Assembly (NCBI GenBank): GCA_024653215.1
Contig: JANLFU010000010.1
Location: forward strand, 19,625 to 83,624
DNA: 64,000 nucleotides
From: Candidatus Saccharicenans sp.
GTDB lineage: Bacteria; Acidobacteriota; Aminicenantia; Aminicenantales; Saccharicenantaceae
Direction of reading: 5' to 3'
Below are positions 30,041 through 39,296 of the stretch, one piece after another. A program made the position numbers and the translations under genes. The stretch's first letter is position 1. Every line of letters begins with the position of its first letter. The notes below the pieces were generated by a model. The model worked only from the letters and a program-made list of their open reading frames with translations, was not told the origin of the DNA and did not search any database.

Positions 30041-30077
30041 GTCCTGAAACTGGCCGAATCTGAGGGCAGAAACTGAA

Positions 30078-30569
30078 ATGACCAAGAGAATTGTGGTGCT
30101 TGGAGTGGGAAACATCCTGAACCGGGATGAAGGAGCGGGAGTGCAGGCCCTAAAAGAACTGGAAAAAATTCTACCCGCTGGCCTGAAGCCGAAGGTTGAG
30201 CTGGTAGATGGCGGGGTGCTGGGGATGGACCTTCTCCCCTACGTGGAACGGGCCACTCACCTGCTCGTCCTGGATGCGGCGGATTTCCAGGGCCGGCCGG
30301 GAGAAATCCGGGAGTTTCCGGGAGGGGCGCTAAAAACATTTTTCTCAGGCAAGATTTCCTGGCACCAGCTCGGCTTCCAGGAGGTGCTGGAAGTAGCCCG
30401 GGTCAGAGGGCACTATCCGGGACAGGTTCACCTGATCGGCGTTCAGCCGGGGGACATGGAAGTCGGACTGGGCTTAAGCGAAGCTCTGGAGCTTTCCGTG
30501 AAGGACATGGCCAGAAGGGCCCTGGATATACTGAAAAACTGGCTCGAAGATACTGACCATGCAGGATAA
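30078..30569 (+). CDS. hynD: Hydrogenase maturation endopeptidase (HyaD/HybD/HynD family).
   Basis: IVVLGVGNILNRDEGAG ... LLVLDA is typical of the family. 163 aa. Confidence 0.8.
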   Translation: MTKRIVVLGVGNILNRDEGAGVQALKELEKILPAGLKPKVELVDGGVLGMDLLPYVERATHLLVLDAADFQGRPGEIREFPGGALKTFFSGKISWHQLGFQEVLEVARVRGHYPGQVHLIGVQPGDMEVGLGLSEALELSVKDMARRALDILKNWLEDTDHAG

Positions 30570-30906
30570 ATTCCGGAGGATTACCCCTCAAATAAAAATG
30601 TTAACTTGCACCATCTACAGGTCCAGGACCAAGTACAGGAAACAGAAGAGTCACCATGCGCTTCAGGTTCAAGTGGCAGCAAGAATCCTGCCTGTGCGAA
30701 GTCTTAATCAAAGGCTTCTGGCCTTTACCAGATATTCAGCTCCAGAAACCCGAACTCTGAAGCCTGGATTGAGGCATTAATAAAACAAATTTCCGAGGGA
30801 TTGATTTATAAAACTAAATAAGGCAAAAAAGGCATTAATTACCAAAATGGGGCTAATCAAAAAACAAACGATAAATCATCTTAAGGACCTGGAAAGGAAA
30901 TAAAGG

Positions 30907-32007
30907 ATGGACGGGAATCATAGGAAAAGAATAAGGGGCATCGACCTGGGGGAAGTGCCGGCCGTTAGGTCGCAGACTTGCTACCATGCTGTCGGCTACG
31001 CCTTTGGACCCAAAACTCCTGATACCATCATCCTGGTCAGCCCCGCGAGTCCCTATGTCTGTGTCGGCTTCCACCAGGAAGCGGAGAGGGAAGTTGACCT
31101 GGAATACTGCCGGCAGGCCGGGCTGCCCGTCTACCGGCGCGAAGTCGGAGGCGGCGCTGTCTATCTCGACCGGAACCAGCTTTTCGTGCAGTGGATTTTC
31201 CACCCGGAAAGCCTGCCCCTCGAGCTTGAGGATAAATTCAGGTTCTACGTTGAGCCAATTATCCTCACCTACCGGGAGCTGGGAATTGAGGCCTCTTACC
31301 GCCCGGTTAATGACATCCACGTAGCCGGAAAGAAAATCGGAGGCACGGGCGCGGCCAGGATCGGCCAGGCGGACATCCTGGTCGGAAGTTTCATGTTTGA
31401 TTTTGATAAGAAAACGATGGCCAGGGTGCTCCGGGTTTCCTCAGAAAAGATGCGTGACAAGGTCTTCCAGAGCCTGGAGCAGTATATGACCACGATGAAA
31501 GAACTGTTGCCGGAACTTCCCGCCAGAGAGATTGTTAAGAGAATTTATCTGAATAAGGTGGCAGAACTGCTGGAAGCCGAAGTAGAGGCAGGCGGAATGT
31601 GCGAGGCAGAACTTCAAGAGGCGGAAAGGCTGGACCGCCTTTTCCAGAGCGAGGACTGGATTTTCCAGAAGGGACCGCTGCGCCGGCCTTCCGTCAAGAT
31701 CCACGAAGATGTCCACGTGCGCGAGGTGGATTATAAAGCTCCGGGCGGATTGATCAGGTTGACAGCCAGGATCAGGACGGAGGGCGGAAAACCGATCCTG
31801 GATTCGGTCTGGATTTCCGGCGACTTCACCGCCATTCCCAAGGAAGGTATATTCATCCTGGAAGATAGGCTGCGGGGTATTGCCATCGAGGAAAAAAGCA
31901 TCGGTGAAGCGGTCTGCCGGGCTCTTGGAGAATCGGGGCTGCAGTGTCCCGGACTGACAGAACAGAGCTGGATTTCTGCCCTGCTCAGGCTGACCGATTC
32001 CGGGTAA
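30907..32007 (+). CDS. lplA: Lipoate-protein ligase A family protein.
   Basis: HVAGKKIGGTGAARIG matches the LplA lysine-loop motif (GRKISGSAQ). 366 aa with a C-terminal accessory domain. Confidence 0.7.
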   Translation: MDGNHRKRIRGIDLGEVPAVRSQTCYHAVGYAFGPKTPDTIILVSPASPYVCVGFHQEAEREVDLEYCRQAGLPVYRREVGGGAVYLDRNQLFVQWIFHPESLPLELEDKFRFYVEPIILTYRELGIEASYRPVNDIHVAGKKIGGTGAARIGQADILVGSFMFDFDKKTMARVLRVSSEKMRDKVFQSLEQYMTTMKELLPELPAREIVKRIYLNKVAELLEAEVEAGGMCEAELQEAERLDRLFQSEDWIFQKGPLRRPSVKIHEDVHVREVDYKAPGGLIRLTARIRTEGGKPILDSVWISGDFTAIPKEGIFILEDRLRGIAIEEKSIGEAVCRALGESGLQCPGLTEQSWISALLRLTDSG

Positions 32008-32368
32008 ATTGCGGTTGGCCCCTGCCCCCGAAGCAGATAATATGCATCAAGGCGGAGCAAAAAATTATAAAGGCTCTTGGTCGCCGGATTTATTGATTAT
32101 CGAGTGGGGTTTATAGGTTTTCTTTCAGCCAAAGTATATAAAATGAATTTTTCACCGGGGAAGCCGGCAAATGACCTTCTCAAAGTCTGTATCAAAGACT
32201 TAACCGTGTTTCGTTGTATATCCGTCTGCCTGGCCGGCTCTCAACTTCCTCATAATAATAACGATACAGGAAAAAATACCCCAGGCTGCCAGGTAAATAA
32301 ATTCGGGTTTTTAAGTTGCCTATTATCAGGTAGCCGTCTATAATAGAAAATAAGGCAGGAGGTAAAAC

Positions 32369-32863
32369 ATGATCAGCAAAAAGATGGAAGAAGCCATCAA
32401 CAAACAGATCAACGAGGAGATGTATTCGGCCTATCTTTATCTGTCGATGGCCGGGTACTTTGCCGAGCAGAACCTGATGGGTTTCCACAACTGGCTGTAT
32501 GTTCAGTACCACGAAGAGCTGGAGCATGCCGAGAAATTCTACAAGTATCTGGTGGAACGCGGCGGGCAGGTCAGGCTGGCCGCTATCAAGGAACCCGAGC
32601 ACACCTGGAAAAACGCCAGGGATGCCTTCGAGGCGGTCCTCAAGCACGAACGGCACATTACCGGCAGGATTAACGAGCTGGTGGACATAGCCGAAGCAGA
32701 AAAGGACCGGGCTTCTTTCGCCATGCTGCAGTGGTTCGTCAACGAGCAGGTCGAAGAAGAAGCTAACGCCCAGGACATCCTGTCCAAGCTGGAGATGGTG
32801 GGCGACCACAAGCAGGGCCTGCTGATGATCGACCGGGCCCTGGCCGAACGGAAAAAAGGCTGA
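32369..32863 (+). CDS. ftn: Non-haem ferritin.
   Basis: EEMYSAYLYLSMAGYF ... EELEHAEKF ... LQWFVNEQVEEE are ferroxidase-centre ligand motifs. 164 aa. Confidence 0.85.
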   Translation: MISKKMEEAINKQINEEMYSAYLYLSMAGYFAEQNLMGFHNWLYVQYHEELEHAEKFYKYLVERGGQVRLAAIKEPEHTWKNARDAFEAVLKHERHITGRINELVDIAEAEKDRASFAMLQWFVNEQVEEEANAQDILSKLEMVGDHKQGLLMIDRALAERKKG

Positions 32864-32869
32864 CAAAAA

Positions 32870-32907
32870 AGGGGGACACAATATCGTGTCCCCCGTTCTA
32901 TTTTTTC
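32870..32907. terminator. Bidirectional rho-independent terminator shared by ftn (+) and the transglutaminase-like gene (-).
   Basis: GGGGGACAC-aatatc-GTGTCCCCC is a perfect 9-bp stem. It is preceded by an A-run and followed by TTCTATTTTTT. Confidence 0.75.
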
Positions 32908-34979
32908 CTGAGGACTATCTGCTGACTGTCACGAGCCAGGACAAAGTCAAAAAACTCTTTCAGGTGAATATACTCGTTGACCGGAAATAGATTTTTCTTG
33001 ATGGCCAGCCGCCTTTCCACGCGCAACTGACCCGGCTCATCCTGGCTACAGGCCAGGTTAAAACCGGCCCGTTCCGAATCCCTGGTCTTAGCTTCGGGAA
33101 GCGCCTCCACCTCGTAGCCATCGGGTAATTCGATTATGATTTCGTCAATCTCAGCGTACGGGTAATTGAAATAAACCGGGTATTTCCTGAAAGCGGAGCG
33201 GAAAGGATAGCGGCCCGGATTGGTCAGGGCATAGACCGGAAGCAACAGCTTGTCACCGGCTTCATGTATCACCCCGGAAACCGTGGCCTCAAACTCAGCA
33301 GCCAGTTCGGCTGATCTTTCTTTAAGCCCCGTAAGATCCTTTAGCTTAACCTTACTGCCGGCTGGTAGTTTCTTGAGCAGCTCTTCTTCCAGGATTTCCT
33401 TAAACTTCATTGCATCCTTTTCCCTGTTACCAAACTTCCTTGATAGGGCTTCCTGTCCCCTGTATTCTACCCGGATTGTGCCGGTCAGATTGCCCTGGCC
33501 ATCAGGTCGCAATTTCGCTATTTGCCTGCAGCTTGAGTCATCAGCCGAAGTCGAGGGGCTGGTGAAAAAGCTCATCCGGTCATTCTCGAAGGTCAGGGCC
33601 GTGGTCCCGGTCCTCGGCCAGTAAACCATCTCGTATGGGCAACCGGGCAACCCGGGGTCAAACGCCTGGAACCTATTTCCAATTTTTACCATGACAATTT
33701 CCGAATCTAACTGCTCCTTGAACAAGGGGATATCAGCCTTGAAAATCTTTTCGTCTCGACTGGCCACCCTGACCAGGTAGGTCTCGAAGCCCGCCGCCCG
33801 GGCCAGGGCGGCAAAGGTCCTGGCAATCTGGTTCTTATACCCATAATTCCTTTTTAGAACGTCCCTGACATCATTGTTTGGCTTGATCTTTTTCCATTCT
33901 TTTTCTGACATTGACGGGACATAATCCAGGTTCTTTATGTCCTGGACACGCTCATATAGTTTCCTCAATTTAACTTCGGGGTCAGTTGCCCCTTCGACCA
34001 GGGCCAGAACCTCTTTTTGCAGACCTTTCCCGCCAGTCATAAATTCCTCATAAATTTGTTTCCAGGAGCCGGCCGCTTTCTCCCAGTATTCATCGTTACT
34101 TCTGATGTCTGGAGGGAGATAATAAATCTTAAAAGAAATCTTTTCGGCATTTTCCGGCGGCATAAATTCTTCTCGTAAAAAGGGCGGGATATCATTTACT
34201 TCCAGTTCCAAACCTTTTTCAATCCTTTTCGGGAGGACGTTCCGAAGGTTATTGGTTACCCAGGCCATGTTGTATTTGCCGCCACTGCTAACCCCGGTAA
34301 CCGGGTCAGCTAAAAAAGTATATTTTGCTTTTTTTATATAGATGGAATCCTGTAATTCCCAGTTGACGGCAGACTGAGAGTAGAAATCATCCATCATGAT
34401 AAAAACCGCGTTAATACTGATCGACAGAACTCCATCGGTGATTATCCATAAAGGGCCCGGTTTCTCACCCGGTGACATCTCGTATTCATAATCAATTATC
34501 TGTCCAGCCGAAACACCGGGAATGGCCAGGGTCTTGATTCGGTTTTCAAACATTCCCTGCCTGGAAGCAATCTTATCCATTGTTTCCGGCACGACTTCAC
34601 GACGGCGCCCGTCAGTTTCATAAACGACAACCTTGATGTTTTTTACATCATTCAGCAGGGGAACATATGGAATTTCAAGGTTGGCATAATCTCTGCCGGC
34701 CGGGCTCAGGATTTTAATTCTCTTGAAGACCGATTTCACCTTTTTTTGATTATCATCTATTCTTTCATAATACAGGCAGACGGCCGGAGCCCCGGGGAGT
34801 TCCGGCAGGTCGCTCATGGCCAGGTCTTCAGGAGTTATTGGAGGCCTGGGCCGGGCCGGTTCCTTGGTCTGAGCGGAAAGTCCGAAATCAAGGACGGCAA
34901 TCACCAAAATCAGCAGAAGGATCATCTGGCCTAAATGATAACCCGATTTATGCTGTCGGAATGAACAGCGAATTTTCAT
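32898..34979 (-). CDS. Secreted DUF3857/transglutaminase-like protein. It is a paralog of the upstream gene but lacks the catalytic Cys.
   Basis: Signal anchor. Global similarity to 34991..37072. Where the paralog has YGDCKDKATLLAAL, this protein has YGYKNQIARTFAAL (Cys to Lys). Confidence 0.55.
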   Translation of the reverse strand: MKIRCSFRQHKSGYHLGQMILLLILVIAVLDFGLSAQTKEPARPRPPITPEDLAMSDLPELPGAPAVCLYYERIDDNQKKVKSVFKRIKILSPAGRDYANLEIPYVPLLNDVKNIKVVVYETDGRRREVVPETMDKIASRQGMFENRIKTLAIPGVSAGQIIDYEYEMSPGEKPGPLWIITDGVLSISINAVFIMMDDFYSQSAVNWELQDSIYIKKAKYTFLADPVTGVSSGGKYNMAWVTNNLRNVLPKRIEKGLELEVNDIPPFLREEFMPPENAEKISFKIYYLPPDIRSNDEYWEKAAGSWKQIYEEFMTGGKGLQKEVLALVEGATDPEVKLRKLYERVQDIKNLDYVPSMSEKEWKKIKPNNDVRDVLKRNYGYKNQIARTFAALARAAGFETYLVRVASRDEKIFKADIPLFKEQLDSEIVMVKIGNRFQAFDPGLPGCPYEMVYWPRTGTTALTFENDRMSFFTSPSTSADDSSCRQIAKLRPDGQGNLTGTIRVEYRGQEALSRKFGNREKDAMKFKEILEEELLKKLPAGSKVKLKDLTGLKERSAELAAEFEATVSGVIHEAGDKLLLPVYALTNPGRYPFRSAFRKYPVYFNYPYAEIDEIIIELPDGYEVEALPEAKTRDSERAGFNLACSQDEPGQLRVERRLAIKKNLFPVNEYIHLKEFFDFVLARDSQQIVLRKK

Positions 34980-34990
34980 TCGTGCCTCCT

Positions 34991-37072
34991 TCAGTCCGGA
35001 TTGTTGACCTTCTTGAGGAGCAACCGGCGCCGTTCTTCGCCGGAGAGCAACCTGAACATCTCCAGGATTTCATGGAATCGGTCGGGTGGCAGATAATCCT
35101 GCTTGATTTTGAATAACCGCTTCAGCCGCAGCGTCCCCCCATCGAGTTCCAGACGGCTGTAATAATCGGCAAATCCGTTACTGAGTTCAACCGGCCCCGG
35201 GAGGACTTCCACGGCGTAACCTGCCGGGAGCTTGATTTCAAACTCGTCCTGGCTGGTGCCAACCATAGATAACAGGACAGGATATTTCCGGTCGTCTTTC
35301 TGTTTTAAGATCTCATAGTCGTCAACCATGGCCAGGATATTAGGCCTGAAGCTGAAAACGTCGCCGGTCTTACTTAGGTAAGAGGCAGCCCGGAAGCTGT
35401 ACTGAAGCACAACTTCCCTGTCCGGTTCGTTAAGGTTAAGGTATTGATAATTTTCGAGGGTGAAGGACCCGACGCTCCGTGCCAGGAAATCTTCCATATC
35501 CTTCCGTCTCTCCTGCTCGTGGACATCCCGGAGCCTCAACCGGACCACTTCCGCCTGGAAGCCAGCCAGGGTTTCGGTCACATCTCCTTTAAGCGTGCCA
35601 TCAGCCGAAAGCACAAATTGTCCCCGGCGATTTAACTCCAAGCTGTCCGGGGATGAGCCAGGAAAGTGGATCAACCGGCTGTGCTCCCCGGCCACCAGCA
35701 GTCCGTTGTTTTTCTGCAGGTAGAATGGTAGCCGCCCGGGCGGGCTGTGGGGCATGGTCGGGTCGAAGATCAACAGCCGGCCCAGGCCCGGGATTGAGAC
35801 CACGGCCTCAGAACTTTCGTACAGCTTATCATCAGGCAACTTTATCCCGAGGATAACATGATTAAACCAGAACAGCGAAACCGGGGAATTCTCTTTGACC
35901 ACCTGGGGCTCAATATTGACAATGAAATAATACGAATCGATATTTAGGGAACTCAGCAGGGCGGCCAGCAGGGTGGCCTTATCCTTGCAGTCCCCGTAGC
36001 GGTTGGCCAGGATTTCCGAAGCCCGGTGAGGTTGATACCCGCCAATACCTATCTGGATGGAAACGTACCTGATTTCCTGCTGGACGAAGGCCGCCAGTTT
36101 CTCTATCCGGGCTCTATGGTCCGTCAACCCGGAAACCAGCTCGCTGGCTTTTACCCTGACACTCTCATCCGGCTGGCGCCGCTCCCTTGAGAGCTGCTCA
36201 TACCATAGTCCCATATCTTTCCAGTCGGAGAAAAAATAGCCGAACCTTGGGGCGTTTTTAGTCTTGAAACGAACCAGCAGGCGCCCAGCGATGGCTTCAT
36301 CCGGGGGTTTGAGCGGTTCATCTTTTATGGCCGGGACATCCGACAGCTTCACTGAAAATGACTTTGGTCCAATGGTCACCGAGGATTCAGGCCAGTTTAT
36401 CCAGTCCAGCCGGGGCTGGCAACCTGAAGGATACTCGGCCTGGTAGATGGCCTGAAGGACTGGAAAGCGAAGCTGAAAAATGAAGAGGTCTTCCAGCGAA
36501 AGGGGCTTGACTTCCTCTTCCCATTCATAACCGATCAGGCTGCCTCTGGTTACTTCCGACATGACCAGGAACAGTGTCTTGACATCCCAGTAAAGCGTAT
36601 CCGGCGCCAGCGAGGTGGAAATAGCCGATTTTAGGTTGTAATCCTGCTTGCTTCCGTCCGGGTTGATAACCCAGGCGTTCATCTTGCGGACCCGGGTATT
36701 AAAGGTGTTGGCCCTGACCAGAAATTTCAGTCGTTCTATGCCTTCCGACCTCAGGATCTTGATAGCCTGCCTGCCGTAGCGAACCAGGTTCCCGGAGGAG
36801 CTGTAGGTTAACTTCTGCTCATGAAGAAGGTAAATTCCCTCTGTTTCGGGCGCCAATTCAGGCAGCGGTGTTTCTGCCATCTCGGTCAGCCAGCGTGGCG
36901 GTTTGGACCCTCCGGGAGCCGCCTGGGCCTGAATACCTAAAAGTGTCACAATTAAGATAATCCCTAATAATATCTGCTGACATCCGTGGCATAAGAAACG
37001 CTTGCGAGATAATTTGGCCCGGCTTTTAAGAAGGAAATTAAGAGGGTTTATTTGACCTGGGTGTCCTTTCAT
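34991..37072 (-). CDS. Secreted DUF3857/transglutaminase-like cysteine protease-fold protein with the catalytic Cys present.
   Basis: ANRYGDCKDKATLLAALL is the transglutaminase-core Cys motif. Signal anchor. 693 aa. The 11-nt gap to the downstream paralog suggests an operon. Confidence 0.6.
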   Translation of the reverse strand: MKGHPGQINPLNFLLKSRAKLSRKRFLCHGCQQILLGIILIVTLLGIQAQAAPGGSKPPRWLTEMAETPLPELAPETEGIYLLHEQKLTYSSSGNLVRYGRQAIKILRSEGIERLKFLVRANTFNTRVRKMNAWVINPDGSKQDYNLKSAISTSLAPDTLYWDVKTLFLVMSEVTRGSLIGYEWEEEVKPLSLEDLFIFQLRFPVLQAIYQAEYPSGCQPRLDWINWPESSVTIGPKSFSVKLSDVPAIKDEPLKPPDEAIAGRLLVRFKTKNAPRFGYFFSDWKDMGLWYEQLSRERRQPDESVRVKASELVSGLTDHRARIEKLAAFVQQEIRYVSIQIGIGGYQPHRASEILANRYGDCKDKATLLAALLSSLNIDSYYFIVNIEPQVVKENSPVSLFWFNHVILGIKLPDDKLYESSEAVVSIPGLGRLLIFDPTMPHSPPGRLPFYLQKNNGLLVAGEHSRLIHFPGSSPDSLELNRRGQFVLSADGTLKGDVTETLAGFQAEVVRLRLRDVHEQERRKDMEDFLARSVGSFTLENYQYLNLNEPDREVVLQYSFRAASYLSKTGDVFSFRPNILAMVDDYEILKQKDDRKYPVLLSMVGTSQDEFEIKLPAGYAVEVLPGPVELSNGFADYYSRLELDGGTLRLKRLFKIKQDYLPPDRFHEILEMFRLLSGEERRRLLLKKVNNPD

Positions 37073-37196
37073 TACTTAATACCCCGAGCTTCTGATGCAT
37101 GACATTTTTATCTTAAAAACGCGTGGTAATTGAGTCAAGAAAATTCTTTCCGAAAAGGGTAGCCAACCATGGGCACCCGGTGTCAAGAAGATTTTA

Positions 37197-37583
37197 TTAG
37201 ACTTTCACTACATTGCGCCCTGTCTTATTTTTTTTCCTGAGGGTGACTTCGGTAGCGCCCCACCCCCCGGCGGTCAGGTCGGCCTCTCTGAAGCTAAGCA
37301 CGGCCGGGTGCTTCTTTAAGACGCTGTGGACAATGGCCCTTAAGGTTCCAGTCCCCTTGCCATGTATTATCCGCAGGTCATAGATGCCCCGGTTGAGACA
37401 TTCCTCGATGTAATCACCTACCAGCTCTTTAACTTCCTTCGGTCGAAAGGTATGTAAATCCAGCACGCCGTCTATGGGCATTTCTACCGGTTCTTCCACT
37501 CCCCCGGCTCCCGGCAACTCCGCCATTTCGGCAGCCTTTCTCTTTTCTGTCTCATCTGTCTTTTCGGTCTGATATTTTTTCAC
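37197..37583 (-). CDS. Smr-domain protein (small MutS-related nuclease domain).
   Basis: [11 protein letters not shown]...[20 protein letters not shown] is the Smr signature. 128 aa. Confidence 0.65.
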   Translation of the reverse strand: MKKYQTEKTDETEKRKAAEMAELPGAGGVEEPVEMPIDGVLDLHTFRPKEVKELVGDYIEECLNRGIYDLRIIHGKGTGTLRAIVHSVLKKHPAVLSFREADLTAGGWGATEVTLRKKNKTGRNVVKV

Positions 37584-37910
37584 GGCATTTCACCATTCAA
37601 CTTATTATTTATCCTTTCCACCCTTGATTTCAAATCTGAAATCTTGACCTCTCTGCTGTAGATAGAGGGCGAGCGGACTGTACGCAGTCCTCTAAGAACT
37701 ATTTACTAACCGGATTCCAATTTCAACCAAGGGAACCATGGCCGGAACCCGGGCCATCCCGACCGGACCTTTATCATAACTTCCAGGTTATTCGAACCAA
37801 ATTAAAAAAACAGGGCCGAGGCACTAATACAATTACCGATTTGACTTTTCATACCCGGCTACCTAAATTTTATCTTGAAGGTAAGGCCGGGCAGGTAAAG
37901 AGATTATAGG

Positions 37911-38438
37911 ATGAGGCACTGTAATCAATTGAGGGCAAGATATGGTCTTGTCTGCTTTTTGTTCATTTCTCTTCTTCTGGGAATGAGCTGTTCATCCCCT
38001 TCCGGGACGCCTTACGGACAATTGGTAAGGCACTCCGGTTGCAAGAGCTTCCTGGCCGTCCAGGGCAGCACTCTAACCCCGAGCCATTCCTCCAGCGAAG
38101 AATGCCTGGAATATACCTATGACGGCCAGGGACACCTGACCCTGCGGCATATCAATGCCGGCTTCAACTGCTGCCCGGGAACCATTTCCGCCGCCATCGT
38201 TATCCTGGCCGGAGAAATCATCATTAAAGAAAAAGAAGAGTCTTCATTGTGCGATTGTAATTGCCTTTTTGATGTCGATTATGAGTTCATGAACATCAAA
38301 CCCGGCCTCTACCGGATTTCAGTTAAAGGACCATATCAACCTCCGGACGAGCCTCCGCTGGAATTTGTGGTTGCCCTGAAAGGTCCGGTCTCAGGGACGT
38401 TCTGCGTCCCCCGGAAAAAGTACCCCTGGGGATCGTAA
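37911..38438 (+). CDS. Cys-rich lipoprotein, hypothetical.
   Basis: Signal plus lipobox (LLLGMSC). 10 Cys. No family assigned. Confidence 0.4.
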   Translation: MRHCNQLRARYGLVCFLFISLLLGMSCSSPSGTPYGQLVRHSGCKSFLAVQGSTLTPSHSSSEECLEYTYDGQGHLTLRHINAGFNCCPGTISAAIVILAGEIIIKEKEESSLCDCNCLFDVDYEFMNIKPGLYRISVKGPYQPPDEPPLEFVVALKGPVSGTFCVPRKKYPWGS

Positions 38439-38507
38439 AAAATTTAAGCCTGTCCCTCAACCGAGTCTTAGTCTTAAAGCGAAATTGAAGATTCTCTTCA
38501 AGACTTA

Positions 38508-39296
38508 TCAGCCGGAGGCCCGGCGCAGCATCTCGGCATATTCCACGGGCAGCCCGCTCTGTTCCACGGCCCGGGCCATGGCTTCTACCTCGTAAGGCAC
38601 CCGCATGATTTCATATTTTATGCCCTCGTCCTGAAAATCTAACAGGGCATATCCAGCCCGCGGGTCTCCGTCCTTGGGCTTGCCCACGCTTCCGGTGTTC
38701 ACCAGAATATAGCGGCCGCCTGGCTTTCTTCTGGTGACCTGCCGGCCGTCAGTGTCGGCGACTGTCTCCAGGCCCTCCTCGACCATCAGGTCATGAACAT
38801 AAGGCAGATGGGTATGGCCGCAGGTGATGATGTCCACCTTCTCCGCTTCAAACATTCTGATTATGGAAGCGGTCGGGCGGTCCTCGAACAGATACTCATT
38901 GATCCTGCGTGGACTTCCGTGAACCATTAAAATCTTTTTTCCATCTATGGTCAGGCTGATTCTCTCGGGAAGATGCCGCAGGTAAGACTTGTTTTCGGAG
39001 GTGACCCTGTCTCTGGTCCAGGCTATCGAACGCTTGCCCAGCGCCCTGGATAACTCGTCCCGGTAGGCGCAGCCGCAGTCGTCCGAGTCATTTCCGATAC
39101 CCTGGTCGTAATTGCCCATGATGGTGGGAATATGATTTTCCCTGATTAGAGAAATTACCTCGTTGGGAAAGGCCCCGTAGCCGACCAGGTCTCCCCCGCA
39201 AAAGACCATGTCCACCCCGCGACTCTGGATATCGGCCAGCACTGCCCGCAGGGCCAGAAGGTTCCCATGGATGTCTGAAAATATGGCTATTTTCAT
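38508..39296 (-). CDS. Calcineurin-like metallophosphoesterase (YfcE/MJ0936-like).
   Basis: MKIAIFSDIHGN, GGDLVGYG, GNYD, GHTH and VNTGSVG motifs. Confidence 0.75.
   Translation of the reverse strand: MKIAIFSDIHGNLLALRAVLADIQSRGVDMVFCGGDLVGYGAFPNEVISLIRENHIPTIMGNYDQGIGNDSDDCGCAYRDELSRALGKRSIAWTRDRVTSENKSYLRHLPERISLTIDGKKILMVHGSPRRINEYLFEDRPTASIIRMFEAEKVDIITCGHTHLPYVHDLMVEEGLETVADTDGRQVTRRKPGGRYILVNTGSVGKPKDGDPRAGYALLDFQDEGIKYEIMRVPYEVEAMARAVEQSGLPVEYAEMLRRASG

Noticed and set aside
29450-30076. 208-aa ORF on the + strand spanning the hynL 3' end and the hynL-hynD gap
   Set aside because: It starts inside hynL in another frame. It has an Arg/Pro/Trp-rich composition typical of out-of-frame translation of GC-rich coding DNA, and no motif. 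It is treated as spurious, and the gap is treated as non-coding.
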